Assembly (NCBI GenBank): GCA_030141605.1
Contig: JAQGDQ010000306.1
Location: forward strand, 62,001-126,000
DNA: 64,000 nucleotides
Source of the DNA: Tubiluchus corallicola
Lineage: Eukaryota; Animalia; Priapulida
Direction of reading: 5' to 3'
This document shows, piece by piece, positions 28,501-40,200 of this stretch (position 1 is its first letter; every line of letters starts with the position of its first letter). Both the position numbers and the translations under genes were made by a program. The notes under the pieces are model-generated. The model was given only the letters and a program-made list of their open reading frames with translations, was not told where the DNA came from and ran no database searches.

Positions 28501-31500
28501 GATTGGGATTAAGGTTAGGGTTAGAGTTATTGTATTTAAATTGTGTGTGAATTGTAAACTCCTTCCACTTACAATACACTGATACAGTTTTTGCTGTTAA
28601 AACTTCCGTTTCTGTTCATACTGTTTGTTTTCAGGATGTGTTTACTGTTAGCATTGGAAACTTGCCGCCTAAATGCCGAGCTGTGATCAAGATAACATAT
28701 ATTGCTGAACTTGGATTTGAAGCTGACCAGATAAGTTTTAGGATACCTGCCAACATAGCACCATGGCAGAGAAAAAATGCTCTTTCAACTGAAACACAGG
28801 TATTAAAATAATCCTACTGATATCGTCTGTTTCTGCTATGTGTAATTTCTTTTTATAACTATCTCATCATCTTGTCATTTGATTTTATTGTAGGGTGTGA
28901 CTGCTACAGTGGCTTCTTTCTTGGCGTGCCCAATCTCAATAATCGTAGGAATAGAAATGCCTTTTCTCATACAGAAATTAACATGCCCAACTCACATGAT
29001 TGAACATAAGGTATTTTTGTTGTTTTTAACATAATAAACTACATTATAAAATACTAGTGTTTATATTATTGCATGAAATTCTAAAAACTGTTATTGTAAA
29101 TTGCATTGCTAATAGCTGGTCATTAATTTTGAGTCATTTGCAAAGTTTGGCAGCTGCTTTATAATCTGTTCTTTTTTTCACATTTATTGACAGTTTGTGA
29201 CTCTCGTTCCATGTATGATACATCAACAAGTGATGCCTTAAACTGATATATATGTTGTTTTCATGTCGAAACACTTCTTCAATGACAAAATGTTCACTTC
29301 AGCAAACAATAACATAATGACGAGTTAAAGGTTTATACTTTACAGCACGCTTGGCCTATAAAGATGTATACGACATACTTTGATAGAATTGTACTTATAG
29401 ACGTGCAGTAGTAGCTTTAGGGTTGGCAACTGCTTTTGTCTGCCATCATCCCATTTACATTTGATTTGTGCTGTCCAAAGATCAGTAAGGCATAAATAGT
29501 TGAATATCTTCAGTTGAAATACAAAATAAATGCCATAGCACTAGCAGAGCTGCAGCCAACTCATAAATTATTTCATTTTTTGCCAAGGTTTAATAAATTT
29601 TCCACAGAATACAGCTAAAATACATCCTCGCACATTTACATTGTTTCCTATGAAAGGATTGTTTTGTTTGCTACATTTCGGTCAATACCATATTTTATTG
29701 GTCCAGATTATTAATTTACCATATACCATATACAGATCAGATGTCATTCTTACTGTCATATTTGTTACTGTTTTTTTACTTACATAGCGATCTGACACCA
29801 AGGCAGTAGTGTCAACAGCTGACAATAATGGCCTTGTTGATGGTTTTCATTTATTGATTTCTATTGCGGAGATACATATGCCTAGAATGTGGGTGGAAAA
29901 TTATCCCAATGAAGACCATCAGGTAATGAGCTGATTTCTTTGCAGAAAAAAATGTCTTTTGCTTAATAGCGTGCTCACAGTAATCTTTTCTTCAGGCAGT
30001 TTATTGAAAAACATGCTTAACTTGTTTCTATTTGCTTTTTTTGCTAAATTCACTTGGCATTTTTAGTTGGGAAATCATTGTGAAACTGTCAAAATAGCAT
30101 ATCTTTGCTTTTTCAAAATTTATATACAATTTAACCAGCTTTGTATGATCTTAACTTTTATGCCCAACATGCCATTTAACCTAAGCTACTACTTAGAACA
30201 ACAGTTCAAGCTTTCTGTCACAATCCATAACAATTTTTGTGGAACTGATTTTTTCCTGTAGAACCTAAATCCTAATAACACAATCAAAACAATGGCTGTT
30301 GTTGGTAACAACAGGTAGCATGTTGTTGTTATCAACAATAGGCATTGCTTTTGTTGCATAAGCTTTGTGAAAAGCATATTCTATTTTTTACCAATCACTT
30401 GCGTCATTTATCACCTCTGAATTTAAATTTTAAAATTATTTCTCTGTTTCTTTGTTGTTTTTATTGGAAAACTGCATTTTCATAAATTTATGCCTAAGCT
30501 GGTGTTTCCTTTTCAGGCGTGCATGTTAACATTTTTTCCGGAATTCGATGCTGAAGAAATTTCAACAGAGATACTGTTTTTGTTAGATATGTCTAACTCT
30601 ATGAAAGGTCAAGCAGCAACGGCTGCTAAGAAAGCTCTTCTTCTTGCTCTGCATCACCTACCCGACAATGTTATGTTTAACGTCGTAAAATTTGGCACTG
30701 GTAGGCAATTCTCGTCTTTTTATATAACCTGTTGAATAAAAGCATTTCATAAAAAAGTGATTGGGAAAACTCAGCACTTTTGTATTTTCTTGCAGGTTTT
30801 TCGGAATTGTTTCCAACTAGTGTTGAAAAATGTAAGGATACACTAAAGTTAGCCATACATTTTGTGCAAAATGCTTCTCCAGATCTCGGAAATTCTGAGC
30901 TGCTACGTCCATTGTTGTCATACTTTTTGCTGCATCCTGAAGATGGCTCACTCAGAAATGTGTTTCTAATTACTGATGGCTATGTGAACAACGAGCCTGC
31001 GGTTAGAAATTTAGTGAGAGAGAATTCGACACACACGCGATTGTTTGTTTTAGGCGTTGGGTATGAATACACTTTTTAACTTAATTGTTCTGTTTCTTTT
31101 GTTTTTGGCACAATATAAATCTGTACCTTCTTTTGTTTTCTGAGCTTTAGTAATAACTGCAATTATTTTTCATTGAAATAAGAGTATGAAATTTGTTGTT
31201 ATATATACTTATATCACGTCAGTCCTGGCTATGTTTGCTGCAAATATTAGATTCTTTGTATATTCAGTTCACAGGAACTTCAAATGAATTCAAAACTTCA
31301 AGTAAACACAATTTGTAGCGCTTTGTACATAAATGTTTGTCACTTGTAGCTCTACCACAAACAGACATTTTTGTCTGTCATTGGCACATGTTGGACGTGG
31401 ATGGTACGAGTACTTCGACTTGAAAACAAAGTCTCGATGGGAACATAAGATTATATCTTTCTATGACAAGGCAAAACAACCCAGCTTATCATCTGTGCGT

Positions 31501-34500
31501 GTGGACTGGCAGGTGTTTGATGATTTTGCACCACCTCCACAGCAGGCACCCCAACAGATACTTTCACTTTTCAATGGAAGTAGGCAAATAGTGTATGGAT
31601 TCGTAAACAATTGTAACCTGGTAAGAAAAAAAATTGAAAATAACGTTAATTAATTCTTTTTTCATTGCTTTATATTATTTCTGCCTGGAAGTTACCCGGC
31701 TTCAATTAGCTTATACTTTATACCATATAAACTGATTAGAGTTGGTGAGATGTACCTAAAGATCATTTGGAAAAAAATTGGCATGTATTGTGTGTTTTAG
31801 TACATGTTGTTTTGCCTATTGTATAACTATAAAAGCCTCTTTTTTTAAGGTTTAAAATGCATTTAAAGAAATTACTTAAAAAACCATGTGCTACTCGTAG
31901 TCATTGTTTTATTGGTGCATCTTAAATTGCCTTCTCATTAGCTATTTTGGTAAGATTTGTATTTTTCGTAATATTTTATTTGATCAGATTTCAATAACAT
32001 AATGCTCCAGACAAGTATCTTGCAGCACTCACTGCAGTGTAACTTGTAGTATATATCTGATATTTTTAAATACAGGCTACACTGAAAGCCGAGATTGGCG
32101 GCAAAGAAGTGTCAACAGTTGTTTCGACAACTGATCTAGCACAGACTACAGACAAGGTAGGCACATGAGGCTCAATTTTTTTTTAATGTTTTCGTTGCAT
32201 TTTTATTCTGTAATAGTGTAAAGCTGGAGTGATTAATAAAAATGCAAAATCTATTAAAAAATTTTGGAAACTGTAGGTACTTCACCAGCTGACAGCTCGT
32301 GCATTAATCCGAGACTGGGAGGAAGGTAGCTTACATGGAGATAGCATTCAGCATCAGGTAGGTACAGTCTCTGTATTTGCTTTATACTGTTATGTGGATA
32401 ACACTATTCTTTTACTAAAAGCAGGAAGCAACACTTATAAGTGATGAAATCAGACAAATCTGATGAAAAATTGGCAGTCATTTTCTGTGATATTTAGAGC
32501 TAAACTGAACGATCTCTCAATCCGTAACTCATTTTGTTCTATTGTCTAAGTTAAGATTTTGTTACCAATCTTAACATGAAGTGCACCTAGCAATAGTGCA
32601 GCATTGAACTTCAAATATTTAGCAGAAATTTTATATCCACATCACATGCATGTTTGTGACTGTTAAATTGAAACAGTGTTACTGTGCACCTCTCACAAAG
32701 AAATACAAAAACCCAGCAATTTTTAACTTTGCATTTTCTAAATCACTTTCTCTTTGCAATTTTATCAAAAAATGTAAATATTCCATCTGCAGCAAATGTT
32801 GTACATTGTAATAAATTTTTATTTAATAGGCGTTAAAGCAAAAACAACAGTCTTACATTATCGACTTGAGCAAAAAGTACTCTGTTGTCACCCAACTTAC
32901 AAGTTTTATTGCTGTAGAAGAACGAAAACCAGTAAGTATTGATGATTTCAGTGCAAACACTTTAGCAAGCCTATTTAATGCGTTATTTGTAAAGGATTAG
33001 ATTTCAGATCATCAGTAGTAGATAAAACTTGCAAAACAATGTAACAATGTTCATTTTACAATTGAAGTTTAGCCATTACATTGTTAGCAATTTTTGGTGT
33101 TTGTAAAAAGTGGTAAATATAAATGCCCATTCTTAAAGAAAATTTTTAAGTCAGTTAACTTTTTCTTGAAGTCATTCAATTTTTCAGGAAACATTCTGGA
33201 AAAGATTTCGCCTTTTGCTTCTGTGATTTGAATAGAAAATGTTTTATGGTATGATTTCATGCCTTCTGCAGTGCTAACAGTCAAGTCCATCCCTCTTTTA
33301 TGATCTGCACATATTTAATAAGTGAGGTCCTGTCAGTCAAGTGTCATGTTTGCTACATGCAGGCCATTATGTTGCTTGTTTTTAAGTAAGCTATTATATT
33401 GTTTTGTCTTTTGTTTTAGGATGATACAGCTCTAATTTCAACACCGAGCATAGAAGAAATTGTGTCAAGTGTCGATGTTGACGTGCTGCAGCTGGATAGT
33501 AAAGTGCATTACAGTTAGTATTATTTAATAAACTGAAAGTGGCTGCAAGAATAATGAGCTTTCTGTATTTTTAGTGCAAGTTCGAGAAATTGAAATCATG
33601 TTCATTTATCATCATTAGAGGCAAGTGGTTCAATTACAGCACAGCATTAAATTACAAAATATAAAATTTTTTGAAAGAATGAGCAAGGTAGAACATACAG
33701 CAATAAGCACTATTACACTGTTACAAGATACGTGAAGAAAATAAATTAAAATGATCTAACCTTATGTTTGGAAATTAAATAAATCATGTGAGATAAAACT
33801 GGTCTTGAACCTGTCTGTTCTGCAACTAGGTTAGGGGTATTTCATATGGTGGCGAGTACTACATCTATAAGTATGGGCATCTGGCAATAGAATGTGCATT
33901 ATATTATTAGGATTTTGAATTGATAAGAACAACTTATTGCAGGAATTTTTATGATGGTTTAGTAAAGGTTGAAAGTTGGCCAAAATTAGAACATTTACAT
34001 AATTTCCACTGAGCATTTTTGAATAGTTTCAAACAATTCGAAGAGATTTTGGAAGAGAGATGGGTGTTATACCTGAGAAACGTATTCAACAACTGGCCTA
34101 AATACACTAAGTGCAGTACATTTTTATATCATTAGGAGATCTCCCAGATCTGTTCATTAGTCGCAAAAGATAAATTGTTTACTGGCTTTAACATAAATTG
34201 AATGGACTTGGCTGTTCCATGTTAATTCTTTAGCTATTTGTGCACCTAAATCTTTAACTGAATCAATTCTTTTTACTCTTCAAATTACCTTCAAATCTTT
34301 CCCATTCTGTTGTGTAGAAATTTTTATATTAACCCTTTTCCACCAGAAATGTACCGCTTCTGTTGATAACTAAATTGTATTTTTAACTACTTTGCTAGAT
34401 AGGTGGGTGTATGCTGTATTAAGTTTGCACATGAAAAATTGTAATAAGAAAATCGCCACAAAGAATGTTTTCAGTGAATTATGTTACTTTCCTTAATTAG

Positions 34501-37191
34501 GTATCTAAAGCTAATTAAGTAAATTTTTTTCCACAACAATGGTAAATTTCAAAGTCAGTTAGTGTGCATCATAAAAATATTTTGCATTTGTATACTTTGT
34601 CAATTTTGTTTTTATTTATTTATTTTCCAAAATGTGCTTCTTCAAGCGCATCTCTGCAGAAACCTAAATACTACTAAAAATGTTTTTTGTGGAATCCTTT
34701 TTTGGCAAATTTTGTAGTTCCTTGCAGAGTAAAGTCAACAAAGGAAACCATTTTGCTGAATCAGGTCAACAAATTCTCACCTTATACTTTTGAAATTTGT
34801 AATTTTTCCAAAAAGCAATGGAAATTTATTTAGTTTTTCGTATTATTTTCACCACTCTGTTTCCAACAATAAATAGGGCCACTTGCTACAATTGCCCAGA
34901 AAGGGCAACAAAGTTTTTTAGATCGTCTGAGGATCAATTAGTCCATGTTATTTTAGTAAAATTCCTCTTCCAGTAAAGTTAAACATCTGACGAGAATTAA
35001 GACAAGTCGTTTGATATATTGCGATACGCATATGGCAGTAAAATTGTTGAGAAAGTAGTGAAAACCAGTAATAAATAATATGTAGAGATAAGCGATGGCA
35101 GATGTTTTACGTACTACTGATTTTCTAGTAGGAAATGTGTTTATATGGCATTTAGACAGCAAGAAGCTTCAGTTTCCAAAAAATAGCAAGTGATCTTTCT
35201 TGTACAACATAATCACTGTATTAGTCGTCAAGCCATTTGTGTGACTATGCATTCTACAAACTCAGATCAAACTCCTGTTAGTGAATATTACGAAATTATT
35301 TTGGCAAATATATAAAAATGGAGTCTGTATTACATGTCTGGGTTGTATTTAGACTTCAAAATGATCACTTCTTTTAAAATTATGAAAAATCTTGTAATAC
35401 AGATACTGTTCATTTGATTATTGTCAACAAGAAGGGGAGATTTTAAAGTATTAACTACTATAGACATTTTTGTTTGCTTTGAAGCAGAGAAGCAAAGGGC
35501 AAAGGACTCATTGACATGCTACGACATCGATGACATGGAGTTGGAAGAAGAGAGATATATAGAATGTGATGAGTAGGCCATTCAAAATACATTATTTGTG
35601 CAAAATTTACCAATAAAATGTTTAAACACTTAATATTTGTCATTATATACAAATTAGTGTTGCAACATATTAATTTTTTAGCGATTCAGTTGCACGTAAA
35701 ATGTTGTGTCTTGTACATTGTTATGTTGAGAGTAAGTGAAAAATATCTGTGACCACATATTTGGAGATTCACAAAACTAAAGTACAATTGGTAGTCAGGA
35801 AAATACACACACACTTCCGAATTTTGACCCGTAAGGTTTTGTTCTGGTTTTATACATTAATTTGTTAGGGTGGGTGGATAGACAACATCTTTCATTAGGT
35901 GCAAAAATAAATTAGTCTACTGTATCAGGCATGTTGTAACTGTTTGAAGGCAGCACTATGAATTCTGTTATGATTTTGGTGTTTTGATGTAATTTTGTAA
36001 TAACTTTTAATATAGTTAAATATACACAATGTTTTTAAATTTTAAGTTTAATAGTTTTTTGCTGTCAGCTCAATACTTATGAGGCGAGTAGCTTTACAGA
36101 ACAAGCAGAAGTTATCAAGCAAGAAGTTTTAGAATAGTATTAGTACTTTGTAAGGCACTTAATTTATATTGTTACAAATTTGTAATAGAATATGCTCAAA
36201 TCAACCCAGCACATCCAAAAAATAAGCTAGTAAAAACAGTCACATTTAACAGGAAAGTACTGAAAAACTACATACCTTTAAGTTACAGGCTTTAAAACAT
36301 TATCAATTAAATCGTTTTTGAAAGAATGTTGCTTCTGCATTGAGTATCGTTATACACAGTTGTAGGTGAAATGTTTGAATAAGTTTGATGATTTCGTAAA
36401 TGGTTGATTAGGGATGATTGCTAGCGAGAACCAAAGTTGAAAGCATTGTGTTTCAAAAGATAATTGTAGAAGTGCAATTTACTAAAGATTAAATGTTGTT
36501 ACAATCTCATAAAACGTATTTTTAATACTTCTACTATTTTTCTAACTCAGATGTGAGGAAGTGTCTTCAGATTATTCGCCAACATCGCCCAGTTTTGCAT
36601 ATGCTTCACCTGCATCAAGATCAACGTCGAGGTCACGAAGCTTACGAAGGTCAGGAAGTCGTGACAAAGCTATGGATTTTATTGAAATCTCACTGTGAGT
36701 AACAATTTTGTTGCTTAGTATGTGCTCTGGACTGAAAACTAGTTGTTGAAAGTATCGCATAGTTTTCAAGTGTACTGTAGTTAAATGGTAAAGGCTAGCA
36801 AGGTGCCGTATTTTCTATTAAAAACAATGCTGCAAATTTTGCTACATTTAGCTCAAATTTGTACATTTGCTAATTTTGCTAAACTTTGCTACATTTAAAA
36901 CTTTTGCCAGCATAATGAACAAAAATAGTGAGAAACATTTATTTCATGTTCATGCACTTTACGAAAAAAACCTGCATTACCTTCCCGAGTAGGTTGATGC
37001 TTAAGGAAAACACTTCTTCTTGGTACATTGCATCTCCCTACATGCTTTACTCTGGCTGAGTATTGCCTTTATAAGTAGTTTCATTACTGACCTTTCAAAC
37101 ACTTTCACACTTTCGTCTGCAAAACATTATAGTATGACAGCAGAGTTGGGCACCAAAAAACTACTCAGGCATTTACAATTGAACATCTTAA

Positions 37192-37238
<47 letters not shown>

Positions 37239-40200
37239 CGTCATCATCATTATTATCACCATCGATTTCCAACACCAGGAACAACAACAAAATAACATTT
37301 TAATAGATTTGGTTTCTATTCTTAAAAATATTAATAATACAAAGATTACAGATAAATCGTGGATGTTGTAACAAAAGAATTATGTTTTATTTGCTAGTAA
37401 ACAGATATTTTGCACCCCATTACAGGTTCCTTTTTCAGTGTAAGCACAACAATATGCACCACCTTGAAATGCATAATTACTGAATTACCCTAACAAAATG
37501 CAGAAAATACAGAAACATTATTAGCACCCTATAATCGGCTGCAAAATATCTGTTTATTAGCAAATGAACCATAATTCTTTTATTATAACATACATGATTC
37601 CGTCTGTAACCTTTGTTTATTAACAAAAACAATAACAACAACATCTGCAATGGTTGCATTATAACTGGTTTTTTTTGTATCAGCAGTGACGGTTTTTGTT
37701 ATCATGCGACATCAGACAAAGGTGTTCCGGCAAGCAATAGTGATGAAGACATGGGGTTTGATCTATTTAATGGAGACACAAATGTTCGTCTGAAAGGTAA
37801 ATCCTTCTCACCCAAGAAAGTTACTAAAGCAAATGTTAAGCGTGGTGTGCAACAAATGACATATGTTGGGAGGTCCTTGGCATCTAAGTCTTCTGAACAG
37901 CCAGACGAACCAAAAGAAATGGAAGAGAGCAGTGATGATGATGATATGGGATTTGGTCTTTTTGATGATGGACCACCAGTTTTACGCCCACATCATGGAC
38001 CACCAGTTTCACGCCCACATCAGCAACGAGTTACCAAAGTTGTTTCAGAAGTAAAAAGTTTTGAGGAAATGGTGAAAGAAGCACATGATAAAAAAGGAAA
38101 ACAGAAACAGTTACAAGCGAAAGGTCTCTACAGTTACAGATACGGATTACCTTCTAAAGCATCTGTTCAAAGTCTATGCCTTCCTACTTCTTCTTCTAAA
38201 GCAACCCATGGTGCACAAGCTCTACCTCCAAAATTTGGAGGATCTCCCGGACTCGGAGGACTATTTTCTTCTCAACCTGCTCCTGCAAGAGCTGAAACTG
38301 CTGTACCTCCACCTCATGAGAGTTTGCATTCTGGCTATGCTGTTTCCTCTACAAGAGCTCCAGGTGCTGCTTCAGATATAAGAGGATTTTCATTTCATCC
38401 TGTAGGGTTCACTGGGTTAATGGCTGAAAGGCCTTTCACTCAGCAGCATTCTTTTGTTTCATCCCAAATGCCAATTGTTAATTCTAGCACAGAGGTACCT
38501 TTTGCTGCAGCAATGCAGTACGTATCATCATCTCTACCCCCGCCATGTCGTCAAGCCACACGTAGTGCTGATAGAGTGCCTCCGCCTCCACCTCCACCGT
38601 GTCGTCAGCCCCCACCAAGTGCTGAAAGAGTGCCTTTGCCTCCACTCCCACTACATGCCAGCCAATCTGTCGAAATTCTCCTTCAATCTGGCGGAAGTGA
38701 CATTCTTGATCAACAGACAGCAGTTAAAGCAGGTAATTTTTGCATGTTAGTACCTTGCTGTTTTCACAGCTTTTAACATTATTTTTTTATGAACTCTAGA
38801 TACTATGTTCTTGTTATTCTTCTAATACAGGTTTTATAATCTAATATTGTGTTTGCATGAAACAAAAACCTCTTTTAGATTTTTTGGATAAATGATTCCC
38901 CACAACAACTATAGTCCATGAGGTAGACCCAGAATTTGTGAATTGGTACCGTCTGGGGTGGCAAATTGTAGTGCTGTTTACTTGAAAGGTAAATGTCTGT
39001 AGCTGAAGAAACTTTGAAGCCAAGTTCTGAGTGGTAGCTTAGTGGTAGTAATCATCATCCCAGCTTCGAAGATATGACCATGACTGGGACCAAAAATTGT
39101 GGATAAGAAAAATATAAACGACAATATTTTTTTGAAACACTGGCTCAGTTATTGGAAATTGAAACTCATACCTGCACAACATTGATAATCACAATGATTA
39201 TTAAAATGACATTTTGCAAAATTTCATTAGAAGTTCAGGGTATTGTTGACAGAAATTATCCTATATGGTCCAATTGCAGGCAGGTTTTTTTTACTTACAT
39301 ATTTGATGTATGTTTTTTTTACTTTTGCAGACCTTAATTATACGCATTCACACAAGGAATAATAATTGTTGAACTTTAAATGACACCAAGTCATTAAAGG
39401 TCCTATTCTCTCTGTAAGTAGGATGCTTAAGTTTCCTTGGTGCCATCCCATAGGGCAGGGGTGTGCAAATTATTTGACTAGCCGGTACCACATTAAACTT
39501 TCAAGCAGTTTCTGCGGGCTGCATGCAGTTTGGTAAAGGAGCCAAAAACAGTAGCACCTAATAACGACTTTTTTGCATTTGATCTTCGCACATCATTACT
39601 AATACACTTAAGAAAACTATTTTAGAAGTTATTCAAATTTACATTAAAAACCATAGATTTCAAGTTTCAAGTTAAATAGTGGTAATTTTATTAAAATGCA
39701 TATTAGTATAATGTGTAACTTAGTCTGTGCAGTACAGTGCATATTAATCTGTTTTGAAACACTCGATGTTCTTCAATCCTGTTTTTCTTATCCATGTTTC
39801 TGATCTATAAAAGAACACTACACCTGATGAAACGATGAAACAGCCACTGATTGAAGTGTGCACTACTTTGTGCACTAAGCAGAAACTAAAATCTGGGAAT
39901 CCCCAATATCAGGGGTGACCACACTTTTTCAGCTTGCTGGCTACTTACAAATTGATCTGCCCAGTTGTCTTCTTGGTCATAGTAAGTAGATCATTTTGAC
40001 CTGGTTAGATCATTTTGACCTGGTTATTTTATAATTTTATTTATAATTTATTTTGTAAAATAACCAAGTCAAAATGATCTACCTGCTATGACCAAGAAGA
40101 CGACTGGGCCAATCAACAAAGCAACCATTTCAAATTTGACTTCAAAGTTTTTTTATCTAGCAGACCTACCATTCAAGAAAACAGCATTACAATTTGCTAT

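Noticed and set aside
28500-28530. Interstitial telomere (ttaaggttagggttagag)
   Set aside because: Only 2-3 degenerate units, of a kind commonly found inside small non-autonomous elements.
36069-36136. Additional PARP4 exon (LNTYEASSFTEQAEVIKQEVLE)
   Set aside because: The acceptor is plausible, but this reading does not fit the upstream phase, and joining it to 36551 creates TAA. Left uncalled without transcript data.
36551-36694. Fragment of RPB1 (Pol II largest subunit)
   Set aside because: Only one exact heptad, and no other RPB1 sequence is present.
37613-38776. A stand-alone ribosomal P0/P1/P2 gene or retrocopy
   Set aside because: There is no N-terminal P-protein dimerisation domain or Ala-rich hinge, the motif is not followed by a stop, and the ORF has splice sites in phase with the flanking PARP4 exons.
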